The position numbers and the translations under genes are program-made. From Oculina patagonica (lineage: Eukaryota), in contig NC_135760.1 in the NCBI RefSeq assembly GCF_052425735.1, forward strand, positions 12,214,001-12,278,000: a stretch of DNA of 64,000 nucleotides. Direction: 5' to 3'. The first letter of the stretch is position 1. Each line of letters begins with the position of its first letter. This document shows, piece after piece, positions 1 to 14,379 of this stretch. A model generated the notes under the pieces. That model made no database searches, had not been told where the DNA came from, and saw only the letters and a program-made list of their open reading frames with translations.

Positions 1-307
1 AATGTATAATATGTAGTTTTTTTAAAGCTGAGCCACCCCGAGCGCGCGGCCCAGAGGAAAAAAAAAAAAAAGAGAAGGGAAGGCAATGACACAAAAAATG
101 TCACCCACGCTGCTGGGCCACGACGTGACCCCCCATGCCGCCGTGAGACCACCGCCGGCCCACGGACAAGCGAGGACCGGCCCCAGCAGACCCCACACGA
201 CCGCGCCCACAGAACGAGAAAACGAAAAAAAAAAAGGGGATGGCCTGATGATTTATTCGTGTAGAAATAAAGATTACCATTTTCAATTAATTTTCTTTCT
301 CATATAG

Positions 308-2593
<2,286 letters not shown>

Positions 2594-5326
2594 TGTCCTT
2601 TGGTTTGCGTAGGTGAAATCATCGCATGCTTGTCTAGTTTACTCAGTTAATTTTTTTTTGCACAAATATTGTATAATACTATTATCACAATTTTAAACAG
2701 TAAATTTGCTTAGAAATTTATCTGCAGTTTATTTAGCATAAATATGTTGAATTACACACATTGGGTGAACTACCAAGGCAGTTAAAACAAGAACAATAAT
2801 TCTTATTGTTGAACATACAAGATCTTCAAGACCACTAGCTTAGTTTTGAGAAACCTTGAAATGTGTTAGGAAATTAAGTAGTTTGCTAAATGGTGATTGT
2901 CTGCTATGTTTGATGCATACTTGTGCCCCATCAGTTTGTTGGTTTGCTGATTGCAAGTGGATTCAATAAGCTATTATGTTAATGATATAACTGATAAGAC
3001 ACCAAATTAATCAGACTACACTCTGGTATATCATAAACCAATGTATAATCAGCAACAATCTGATTCAAAACAAAGTGAGCCTGTAAAATATTAGATCATT
3101 TCCACTTATTGTAAGTTAGATGATTTTGTATAAATTTCAAATTTGCACCAGAAAAGTAATTATTTTATTTCATTTTTAAAGTTGTCAGATTAGATTTAAG
3201 ATTATTGATTTTCATTTTATACAAAAGTACAAGGAATTAGTTATTAGTAAGCTAGACTTTCATTAGTTTGCAACCAAGAGTATACAATGTGCATGTTCAT
3301 GTAATTTTCTTCTCCATAGGTAATAGTAAGCTGCAACATTTTTAACTTGTAAAATTAAGTTAGATTAATTAAGACAATGTTTGCAGCTGTGTTAATTATT
3401 TGAAGCTTTAATTGATTGTCATATTTTGTCAATATAACTACGAAGTTATTAAGGAATTAGTCAAAATATTTTTTAAGGTAGGAAAAGTAAGCATTTTTCA
3501 TTTTTTCTAGTTTGAATAAGGAAGGGGTGGTGTATTTCCAGCAAATTTATCTGCGTTGAAGTGCAGATAAATGGCCTTAAGCATTTCAGAATCCATGTTG
3601 TGGTTTCAAATTTCATTTGTAAAAAAATTGCACAACTTGGAAGTCAATTCAATGTCTTCAATGAAACAAACAAACACTGAGGATTTAAAATGAATGGTTT
3701 CCAAATTTATATACGATACATTGAGTCAAGTATGGATAGCTGTTCTAGTAATACTAAAGTTGAGTAGAGAAAACAGCAGCATGTGTACACACAATGTGTC
3801 ATTCATTGTCATAATAGACCAACAATTCATGTGGGATTCAAGGGGTTAGTACAGTGACCTACTGTAATTGATTTAGATGAAGATTTTAAGTAGAAAGTGT
3901 AAATTTTCTTCAAGATGGTTGTATTGCTCTTTTAGAAGAAAGGAGAGCACTAACAAATAATTAAACATAGTTTGCTTTCCATGGTTGAGGTGTTGGAGCA
4001 AAAAAACTATTGTTTCTGATTGCCTTTTTAAAAGCAATAATTGAACAAAAAGACAATCATTCTGAAAGTTGTCACTTTAGCTTGTGCCATTATTATGTTG
4101 ATGTATGGTGTTATCATTCATTTCAAATGGTGTCAATGATCAATGATTTTTAGGTACTTCATCTATTGTACAGGCAGACACAAGTCCTTTCGTAGTAGTT
4201 AAATTTATTAATGTTTCAAACCATGAAGGATTGGAAGGATCGGCTGTCTGAGATCCCTTTTTGGATTACAGTTTTCATGTTTGTGATTAACAAAGGTTAA
4301 CAGAATTAGTTAAATAAATAGTTATTTACATCAGCCCAGTTTAGTAAATAGCCCTCATCATAACTGTCATTTGAGCTAAACCTTTCTCTTCCACTAACAG
4401 CTGCTTATATCTAAATATTCCTTTTGTTTTGATAGCAACCGATTTGTTCCGTCAGCCAAAAAACGAGTTTCAATCCACAGAAAAGCAGCGTAGTTACTAA
4501 GTGGAGTAAGAGGTGTATTGTTCGGTTAGTTTTCATTATGACAACAACGTGATTGAATTTGTTCGTTGCTGTAAGTTGTCGTTCTCTTTTACAGAAACAG
4601 GCAGCAACACTGAATGATGTCGCCTACAATTTAATGATTTTGTTAATTATTTCGCAAATCACATTTCAAATATTGAAGAGTTTCTAATGATAAACAGAAA
4701 GGTTTATTTCCTTTCTCTATCCCATATGGTTTGTTACATGTGTTTTCACTGAGTCCATTTTACATTAGTAAGCTATTTGCCACATTGGTAAAATTCACCG
4801 AATTTTATACCTTTGATTCCAATTTATAAAATTCAAGCTGTGATTGGCTTATTTCTTCCACATAGGAAAAGTGCTTGGGTTTAGCAGTGAATAGTGGGGA
4901 GAAATCAATGATGGACAACGACCCTCATGACAGAGCAGTGCATGATAACTAATTAAACTACTTGAATGATGTTTCTGGAAATGTGAAGGGTGCAACAAGC
5001 AGAAGATAGTCATTCTTGTCTTCAGTTGTTCTCTTTACTCCCTTCCATGAAGCACTTTCAAGTTTTATTTACAGTTCACAAAGGGGTTAAAACTTAGTAT
5101 AGCATTATCGTTTTATATTTACTCAATTGTTTTATGCATTCCAAGGTAAATTCCTTTGTTATTTTGCAAAGAAAACATACTAGATATAGAAAATAATTTA
5201 GAGGAATGAATATAGTCTTTGTGTAGATAAAGCAAATTTTTGTGGATTCAGTGAAGCTATGTTTAGTCGCTGATGCAAACTTCATTAATTAATTGAAGTA
5301 CATAATACATAGTTGTGTAGTGACCT

Positions 5327-5508
5327 AAAGACTCCATGCAAAAATGGCTGCCAATTTTAAAATTCTTTTGAATGCATAATAGCCTCACTAACCTTGTTTT
5401 TGAGTTAAAAATTCAAAAGAATTTTTGTTCTAGAACGAGGTAAGTGACTCTAATTTAAATGCATACAAAAGAATTTTAAATTGGCAGCCATTTATGCATA
5501 GGATCTAT
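5327..5508. mobile_element. Short MITE
   Basis: Inverted arms atgcaaaaatggctgccaattttaaaattctttt / aaaagaattttaaattggcagccatttatgcat. Confidence 0.6.
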
Positions 5509-5869
5509 ACACTTTAATTGGAAATTTATATTTCTGTTAGTTTATTTTTATATCAATTTGTAAATAAAAGAGTCTTTAATAGTTAGTTGCAAGAGTTGAA
5601 CTTTATTTGGAATTCCTGCTCATTAAAATAATATTGTCATTTCTAATATCTCTCAAAACATATTTCTAAATGTTTTGAAATGTTTTGATTCAAACATGTT
5701 ATCGCATCTTTGTTTCTCACTAGTAACTTGCTTTTTTGTTTCAAGCCCATCTTTGGACTCCTGAATTATCACAAGGGGTGACAACTCATTAATAAATTAT
5801 TAAATGCTGTTTCAGAAGAACAGTAAGTTAAATTTGGCTGGGAATTAAATGAAACTGCCAGGAATAAAA

Positions 5870-6020
5870 AAACCAGCACACCTGGAGATTGGTGACAATG
5901 GCAGAGTTGGGAGACAAAACACCTTACATGTAGAGGTTACTGCCCAAAATAGGGTTAGGTGGCGCGCACTAGTTGAGGAGCTATGTTCCACTTAGGAACA
6001 AAGGGTATTAAGTAGTGAGT
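5870..6020 (+). mobile_element. 3' fragment of an RTE-clade LINE
   Basis: Degenerate translation ...AQNRVRWRALVEELCST* resembles the RTE ORF C-terminus and is followed by a short tandem tail. Confidence 0.5.
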
Positions 6021-6527
6021 AGCCAGGAATTAAGAGACTTCAAAAATGTAGCACGGAAATAGAAATAAGATATTGGTGCATTTGCCAAAAGTATGAGGAA
6101 CAACACGAAATTTGATAAAAATAAATTAATGGGAAAATGCTGAGCATTTAAGACTTTTGCATGGTATTGTTTAAATGCCTTCTGTCAGAGTTGTCACCCT
6201 TTGTATGATCTGGAGATTGGTTTTGTAAAAATTATTTACGTTGCTCCCTTTGGAAAAGAACTCAGACTTCCCACTCCATTAGCCAAGGTTAACATTGATG
6301 ACTGTTTACAACCATTCTGTTTCCTCCAGAAGAGAGTCGTTGTTCAGCAACACTGTTTTCATTCCATTGGTACCATGATGTATTTTGATGTTTCAAAAAC
6401 AAGACTGTGCTCCTAGCACTTCTGCATTGTCTCAGTTTTGTAGAAGAATTATTATTGCACTGTCTACCACCTCAAAAAAATTCACACAATGAGATATCAA
6501 GTTAAAGTCTTGGCCATTTCAGCCAAT

Positions 6528-7621
6528 TCAAACAGGCATAGGTTGATCTACAGCAGTGTATTGCCCTCTGACAGTCCTCTTCCTGGGTTTGTAAATGTAA
6601 ATTGCCATCCCAAGAAACAACACAAAAAGTCCAACACCAATTCCTACAGTCAAATCTGAAATAAAGAGAGTTCTGTTTAAGTTTTATTTGTTAAGAACTG
6701 CAATAAAAGACATTTTTTGGACAGATAAAGACCTTCAATCATCCCCATCACTTAATATCCCGAGTACCCCCCTCCCCCCCCCCTGGGGATAAGCCTCCAT
6801 CTGCCCTCTAAATATCAATCTCGTTCCAAGGGCCTGCATTCCCTTTAACCAGTGGTCAGGAAACTCAACAGCTTCGGGCTAATCCAAAACTGGAACCAGG
6901 AAATCCTGGTTCCATGTTTGATAGTGTGCATGTGCAACAAGTTTTCAACAGCCAATCAGATTTGGTTGCCTTTGTGGTGGGCTTTCAGATCAGCCCAGAA
7001 GTCCCGATAAATGTTGGTTTGCAAGTAACAAGTTGTGACTTGGATTGTGGGCCAAAGAAAGGGAGGTGAGGTCTGGGTTAAAGCTCAGCCAGGGTCATTA
7101 TGATCACTTACACACAACCAAGAAGGGCCACCCAAAATATGCCATGGTTTTAAAAGTCTATACCAAGGTTCTCCGTTAATCATAACTGTAACATGGCCCC
7201 TTCCCCTGATAATATCACTTCTCAACTGAACACCCACCCACCCCTTCCTCTTTTCTAGGGGTTCTCTCCATCATTTTTATTTTTTCCTTGAGGCTTTGCT
7301 CCCTTTCACTCCCCCCCCCCCACCCCCCTCCCTCTTTGTTTTCATTTCAGACATAATTGCTACGAAAATTTGATACCTTGTTCATTTGTTTCCAAAATCG
7401 TGATACCCTGTGAATAGGAGTCTACCCGGAATCTACTTGAGGCTACAAACACTCCCGGAAACCCGCAGCAAATTACGCTTTTTCTCACCAAGTTGAGGTT
7501 TTCCAACAACCGTGTTGCTATCTCTCGGTAAACCTGAATCGCCAACTGTTTCTTGATAGTAGTTAAAGCTTATCAGTATCAACAAGAACGTGTACAATCG
7601 GTTATAAAATCCCTCATACAT
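6528..7621 (-). CDS. Uncharacterised 86-aa type I single-pass membrane microprotein
   Basis: Exon 1 is 7621-7489 (ATG...CTT G|gtgag). Exon 2 is 6655-6528 (ctctctttatttcag|AT TTG...GTT TGA). Phases match. Protein: MYEGFYNRLYTFLLILISFNYYQETVG DSGLPRDSNTVVGKPQLD LTVGIGVGLFVLFLGMAIYIY KPRKRTVRGQYTAVDQPMPV. Confidence 0.75.
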
Positions 7622-7777
7622 CTTTCCCTTGTTTGATCCGGCTGACAATCCGGCTAAGCTTTGCAAATACTTTTCATGTATGACACACCAAGTATCCCAT
7701 ATAACACGAAGAGAGGGGCTGGAGCGATTATACGGGATATTGCTGAAGGCTTCATCCGGGTACAACTTGGAGTTAAG
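7622..7777. promoter_or_regulatory. Compact bidirectional promoter (microprotein / COX5B)
   Basis: 156 nt separate two divergent ATGs. A YY1-like AAGATGGCGGC overlaps the COX5B start codon. Confidence 0.6.
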
Positions 7778-10700
7778 ATGGCGGCTTCGCTTCGTATATT
7801 GGCAAAAGGGAAGTTGTCGACCATGCAGCCTGCTTTGAGAGCAATTGTTACCAGAACGTGCCCAGCAGTTTTTTCTAGGGGACTCTCTTTAACAAGTAAG
7901 TTGAATAGTTCCCTATTTGCATCATGTTTGGACTGGGAAAGAAAATAGACATGTATCAGCGATTCACTTTCACTTTGCCTGGTGTCATATTTACTAGAAT
8001 ACTGTACGACTCTAAAATATAAATAGCTTTCTTTCTCTTTAATTTTACAATGTTTAGCGTTATCCGGGTTTTTAATATTTTCTAGCGAAAGGCTTGGATA
8101 TGAATTGCTAGGACGTGATCATTGGCATGGCGAAATTAATGAATTAATGGCACAACTCATGCATAACTTTATATCCAAAACGTACAGTGTACACAATACC
8201 AACCTGAAAGGACAATTTTAACAACGTGTTCAGTAAAATCACCAGTCTAGCTGTAGGATCCAGAAATTAAATTTCGCTGGTCAACATTATTTGACTTTTT
8301 TCTACAACAGTTAGACATGATAGACATTCTTCTAGACATGCTTCAGGGGGAGGGGGGGGGGGGGGGGGGGGGGGGAGGTGAATAGGTTCATGGATCGACA
8401 AATTTGCCCTTAAAATGAACCTGGACTGCAGACTCTGCGATACATGGAGCAGCTTCTCAGATTTTTAAAATACAGCAGATCACAGATTAACTGAGAATTT
8501 TCCTGCGGATTTCAGTCTCTTCATGTCAGGAAACTCTGATAGTGGATATTGAACAAAGTTTCGATCACTTTGGGCGGTCTTCATCAGTACATTGGAGAAA
8601 TTGTAGCAAAAACAAGCAATAAAATGAAACCTTAAAAAATTGGCATATTACCAGCATCTACCATCGAACGGAGATGAAACTATACAACACAAAGTTTTCA
8701 AGGAATGCGGATTTGGATTTGATTGAAAATAGTGGCGGATCTACAAATTAGGCCAAAAAATAGCACAGATTGGCAGATTTGCTTACCCCTATCCACCCCC
8801 TCCTCCAGGGCAGGTAGTGGGATTGGCTTGTTAGTTTTACACCAAATATGATTAACCATGATCACATTGACCACACAGAGACTCCTTAGGAAAAAAAAAC
8901 AAGCAAATCCCAAAATAAGCAACCCTCCAAAAACCTGTCTAATGTACCGTATTTACCCGTGTATAAGTCAACCTTTTTTCACCTAAATATCGGTCCAAAA
9001 AATTGCCCTCGACTTATACATGGGTCAAAATTTTCGACCCAAGTACCAGTTAAATAAATTCTGCATAATTAACATAACAATTGTTTTAATATGTTAACAA
9101 AACCTGAATGTTGTAGAGAAGCACTGGCACAAGACTTGAATAAAGAGCTGACATTTTCCACTAATAAAGCTGGTAAATCCACTTAAGGAAAACATCTTCA
9201 TGCATGATCTTTCTTGCTTCGAACTTCGCTACTTAGTAACCTGGCATGATGCAAGCACGTGTAGTTATCAGTTACCAGTACCTCACCGTTTTGTAGCTTG
9301 GTTACTAAGCTCCCCAAGCAAGCTTAGCACTTTGACATCGAGTGGTTTTTAAAGATTTCTGATGTTTCTTGGTGTTTTGCTTGTCTTCTAAAGCCGGTAC
9401 TATCTCTCCACAATTAGAAAGGTTTGTTTGTATTTAGTGTGTTTGATTTTAGAAGCCTTTTTCAAAAATTGTGGACAAAATGCTTGCATAAACACTTGTT
9501 GTTTAATAAAACGCTTGAGTAAGTACAATAATAAACATCACATTGAAACTTGCCGTGATTTTTTCGTTAAGTATCTCTACCTGAAACAAAATTCTAAGTA
9601 ACACAAGGTTAATTTTCCAAGAAAATTCTAACCCAGAAATAAAAAAACTTAGTTTCTGGCCTCAAAAATAGGGGTCGACTTGTACACGGGATCGACTAAT
9701 ACACGGGTAAATACGGTAATAAACTCTAGCCGAACGTGACTTGTTAAGATGAAACAATGGAAGTAGCTGATAATAACAAGCTGTTCAAAACTGATTAGAT
9801 ATTTGAAATGGATGACCATTCTCTGTTTTAATACAGTATAAATTTTTTGCAAGATAGCTCATTTTCATCAACATATTTTTGGAGATATTTGCAACACATT
9901 TATAGCAAAACCTGTGCACAGATGTGTAGAAAGACAAAGCTAGATTGCTTGATTTGTGTGATCTTGTTTGATTTATCAGGCACAAGATCTGCTGCAGGCG
10001 ACAGCATTCCAACTGATGCAGAACAAGCCACTGGTCTAGAGAAGAAAGAATATGATGCTATGGCTGCTGGTATTGAGGTGTGTTATCCTGTGTGCCTTTT
10101 TTTGGAAAATCATAACAGCATCCCTGTCTCCTGTCCTCACGATTTGTCCCCTCATGGTTGCTTTCCTAATTTGTGTATAAATGTTTTGGTTGAAAAAACA
10201 CACTAAAGCAATAGGCAAATAAAAATGTTAGACTTGATTATAGTATGTTTGTTGAAGCTGATCAGGCATACTTGTTTACATGCAATAAAGCTGTATTTAA
10301 ATGTTCACAAGTTTTCCAAACAGCCTTAACATATTGTTCTCATTGTTGAAATATTTAATTCTATAGGATCCATTCAACTTGAAGCCTTATGAAGGGCCAC
10401 CTGGAACCAAAGACAAACCTCTTGAAGTTTTGTCCATGTATGATGAACGAATTATTGGATGTGTCTGTAAGTGCCTTATAATCTGCTACTTTGACAGCAT
10501 TCTTTCCTAAAACAACATTATCAGTTTATGGACTTGAATATGTCGCTTTTCATTTGGCAAGCATTCTTTTCCTGTTCAAGAGACCTCAGAGATTGGACCC
10601 AGAGCGCAGCAGAGCACTGCTGAGATCAGTATTGTGTCGTTGACAGGTTCTAGTCTTCATGTATAAGTGACAAGTAATCCCACAGGATTCCCAAGCTCAA

Positions 10701-12600
10701 AAGTCGTCTTTTTGATGTGTGTTAAGAGCCCTTCGGTCGGCCAACTCTACATACGTGGTGTATGCGACAGCTTGTGTATATAGAGAAATGTATGGGAAAA
10801 TCACGGATTCTCTAAAATCGGGTAAATAACTATCTATTTTGAAATAAAGTTTATCTACCTCAAATGTGTCGCTTACTTGTGTCTTGTGCCGAATTCGAAG
10901 CCATTCCGACGCCATTTAGCGAAGTTATACGAAGTCGTTGTCTCCCCTTCTAAAAAGAAGGAAAGGCAGACCACTCCATCGATCGCTGGCTAGAGCTCAC
11001 TCCACAAATCGCTCTCTCCTCAAAAGGAAAAGTCCCGAATCGCAATAAAACTAACAGTTCCATAAAGCCCAATAAATTTTACTCCACATACGTGTGCTTC
11101 GGCGGTCGAAAGACTTGTAAAGAACAAGAAATTTTGCTTTAAATTCGCCTATTCGGCTTTCCAGATGTGCTTGTGACCGACCTCGCGCCAACGGTCGTTA
11201 CTCAACGACAAGTATCTGGTTTCATCCCCAACTCTGATTGGTCCATTAGAACCAAGTCACGCGCTGACAACAAAACAACAAGTTTCACGCTAGGGCTGAA
11301 GCCCTGAAGCCGCAATCATACAAAATGTAGTTTTTGATCGACGCGGTGATCGAACAAGATTTCCTGTGACTTTGGGATATTATCTTGTCTTGAATGCTCG
11401 CGAATATCTTGCTTTATTCTGCACGTGGAGGTGTCAGATTTATATTTACGCGGCTTTTCCCTGACATATGTAAACATGGCTGTGATTAGCGAACAATACA
11501 GCTTTCAGAAAACATCCCTTGGGATTCCTAGCGTGAAACTTGACCGTTGGCGCGAGGTCGGTCACAAACACATCTGGAAAGCCGAATAGGCGAATTTTGC
11601 AAAATTTCTCGTTCTTTACGAGACTTAAGACCGCCGAAGCACACGTATGTGGAGTGAAATTTATTGGGCTTTATGGAACTGTTAGTTTTATTGCGATTCG
11701 GGACTTTTCCTTTTGAGGAGAGAGCGATTTGTGGAGTGAGCTCTGGCCAGCGATCGATGGAGTGGTCTGCCTTTCCTTCTTTTTAGAAGGGGAGACAACG
11801 ACTTCGTATAACTTCGCTAAATGGCGTCGGAATGGCTTCGAATTCGGCACAAGACACAAGTAAGCGACACATTTGAGGTAGATAAACTTTATTTCAAAAT
11901 AGATAGTTATTTACCCGATTTTAGAGAATCCGTGATTTTCCCATACATTTCTCTATTTTCACAAGCTGTCGCATACACCACGTATGTAGAGTTGGCCGAC
12001 CGAAGGGCTCTTAAAACACATCAAAAAGACGACTTTTGAGCTTGGGAAGCCTGTGGTAATCCAAGAAACAACATGGATTTCTGTAGAGCTAAATCCCTAG
12101 TGTGGAATTTTTGGGTCAAATCTTAAGGCCTGGCAAAATGAGGAAACATGTTTCCAGAAAAACCCTTAGCATGTGCATGTTTCCCTGATGTTTTCCAGTT
12201 TTGCCACACAGGAAGCATTGTTGCGAGCATCAATTTTGTTTCCAAGAAGCAAAATTTGCTTCTGCTACAAAGCAGAAACATTTTGTGTTTCTGTGTGGCA
12301 TGGGAGCATGGCAAATGTGGAAACATGTTTCCAGCATGTTTCTGGAAACATCTTTCCTTGTTTTGCCAGGCGCTTAGATGTCGCTCAAGTGGGGGAAGAT
12401 TTGTACCTAAAAAGAGAAGTGCCTGTTTACTTTAATTCTTACCATTTTTTTTATCCATAGGTGAACCAGATGCAACTACCATAGTATGGAAGAAACTGCA
12501 TTTAAATGAGGCAACACGATGCGACTGTGGTCACTGGTTTGTCCTACGAAGAGGCAATCCTATTAAAATTGAGGTTGAGCAAGATGCAGCCCATCACTAG
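7778..12600 (+). CDS. COX5B: Cytochrome c oxidase subunit 5B, mitochondrial precursor
   Basis: Exons 7778-7895 (Arg/Ser/Ala-rich transit peptide), 9980-10077 (IPTDAEQATGLEKKE), 10367-10466 (DPFNLKP...GTKDKP...RIIGCVC) and 12461-12600 (EPD...RCDCGHWF...HH*). The Zn-binding cysteines are present and splice phases are consistent. Confidence 0.95.
8947..9716. mobile_element. Non-autonomous Tc1/mariner (Tc2-like) element in COX5B intron 1
   Basis: TA|CCGTATTTACCCGTGTAT ... ATACACGGGTAAATACGG|TA: perfect TIRs with a TA target duplication. Confidence 0.85.
10558..10675 (+). ncRNA. Candidate intronic H/ACA snoRNA
   Basis: Hairpin, then AGAGCA (box H, 10611-10616), then a second hairpin, then ACA (10670-10672). 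Folded by eye only. Confidence 0.25.
10681..12055. mobile_element. Non-autonomous foldback DNA transposon, P-superfamily-like
   Basis: About 515-bp near-identical inverted arms (10681-11195 / 11541-12055), CACAGG...CCTGTG termini and a 7-bp TSD GTAATCC (10674-10680, 12056-12062). Confidence 0.85.
12126..12373. mobile_element. MITE (PIF/Harbinger-like)
   Basis: ggcctggcaaaatgaggaaacatgtttccagaaa / tttctggaaacatctttccttgttttgccaggc, flanked by TAA/TTA. Confidence 0.7.
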
Positions 12601-12982
12601 TACTAGCATTACGAGTCTTCTTTCTACAGTCAAAAAACTCAATTCTAACAAGCAAAGTGTGCATTATATGTTGTATTATGATGTTTTAAAGGTTTGTGTC
12701 TTGAAATTAAACTTGCTTGGCTTCATTCTGAGTTCTAGTTATTTGAACCGCAAGGCAATGTGTCATTAAGAAGTTTTTGATTGCAATTAAATTAAATTTT
12801 AAGAAATTACTGTCTTTGTTGTGATACTATATTATATTTATGAAAATGGTCTTGAAGGGTAGTGTTTCTCAACTTAAATTCTGTGTGTTTGGCTTGAGGG
12901 GTAATGAGCAGAATGTGAAACATTCCAGACTATGCCGGTACATGGGCAAATGTGATGTACAATGCCATAAAATGTATGTAAT

Positions 12983-13166
12983 AGGCGATTTACATGATGG
13001 CGTCACATGACTACAACTACCAGAATCCTCCGCTTTGTCTTTTTGTCATTCTAATTAGAGCAATTGTTTTTCAAACCCCACTGGGAATTCAAAATTTGAA
13101 TAACAAAGGAAAGGCGAAATGAATTCTGGTATTTGTAGTCAAATGATGACATCGTGCAAATGTGCT
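12983..13166. mobile_element. MITE with AATAG...CTATT ends
   Basis: Inverted arms tgactacaactaccagaat / attctggtatttgtagtca and AT flanks. Confidence 0.6.
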
Positions 13167-13981
13167 ATTCCGTTCTTGTTTGGGAGACTTCATGAGTTTA
13201 GATTGAGTTCAAGATTTGGACAAGTTTTGGGTATAACAAGTCAATTTCTATGCATGAAAAAATTGTAAATAAAGTGCTTTTACATAATTTGTCTTGAGGA
13301 TCTGTTGTCTCAAAAGACAACAGATCCACAAGACATTTCACATATTTTATATCTGACAGCTCTATTTTATGATTTAATCAGTTCATGAAAAAAAAACTTA
13401 AAAAAAAAACATGAATCCAACCCAAAATGATTGAAAACACTTCATTTTCTGCAGCCCCTTTCCCTTTGCATGTAAAAGTGCCCTGAGATTGTCCCCGGGA
13501 ATAAGTTCTCCCGATGATAAGACTACGAGTACTTCCTCATTTTTAATTGATGACGTCATCGCTTAATGTCATCAAGCGAGTGGACCGGACCTGTACGTCG
13601 ATCTTTTTGTCTGTTGCGGGCGATCGTGAACATAAATCAAGATTAACTCAACAAGAAATTGCCGCGTAGAACACAGCAAAATACTCCCGGGCAGTTAGAA
13701 AGGACTTAAACAAAGTATAAACGAAAGTGACAAATTATAGTTGATGAGTTCTATCAGATAAGTCAACATAAATTCTTTTAAAACAAAAGGCCGGTGTAAA
13801 CAATATTTACCGTGTTTTTCCTTGCTCTATCGGATGCCACGCCAACCCACCCCACCAATGGATATTACGGTAAACGATGGAAAAGAGCATTTTAAAAACT
13901 TACCTCTGCGGTCCGTATTTCGCAATGTGGATGCAAAGATGGACCGCTCACGAATTACTTTCCACCTTTGCTTTATCAAAA

Positions 13982-14272
13982 TTGGAGGCGTGGTGGCCTA
14001 ATGGTTAGTGCGCCGTACTCCGGATCGAGCGGTCTGGGGTCGAGGCCTGGCCGCGGTCATTGTGTTGTGTTCTTGGGAAAGACACTTTACTCTCATAGTG
14101 CCTCTCTTCCCCCATGTGTATAAATGGTTACCGGCAAAATGCTGGGGGTACCCTGCGATGGACAAGCATCCCAATCAGGCGGAAAAAGAAATATTCCTAG
14201 CTGCTTAATGCTACAGAAACCGGGATAAGCTTCGACAAGTATGGGCCACTGGGCTTGAGGCTTTCCTTTTTT
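13982..14272 (+). mobile_element. tRNA-derived SINE, full length
   Basis: A-box TGGCCTAATGG and B-box-like GGTCGAGGCC, a T-rich tail, and a 15-bp TSD TTTGCTTTATCAAAA (13967-13981, 14273-14287). Confidence 0.85.
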
Positions 14273-14379
14273 TTTGCTTTATCAAAACACTATGCAAAAA
14301 GAGTAAAATACTTTCCAGTCGTGTCTGGAGGACGGTTGCGGTTAAACTTCGTGAAAGTGGCTTGAAATGATTAATCGTA

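Noticed and set aside
20-260. GC- and homopolymer-rich stretch with short ORFs
   Set aside because: It looks like low-quality base calls within an intron and has no coherent coding signal.
7433-7765. 110-aa minus-strand ORF as a single-exon gene
   Set aside because: Only 7621-7489 fits an exon. The upstream part spans the promoter and the downstream part lies past a splice donor.
8345-8376. Poly-G run as a functional G-quadruplex
   Set aside because: It is probably a repeat end inflated by homopolymer error.
10697-12039. Twin 72-aa and 62-aa ORFs on opposite strands
   Set aside because: These are mirror images produced by the foldback transposon arms, with no protein motif.
13985-14055. 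tRNA-like sequence (also 25530-25603)
   Set aside because: These are SINE heads followed by SINE body and tail, not complete cloverleaf tRNA genes.
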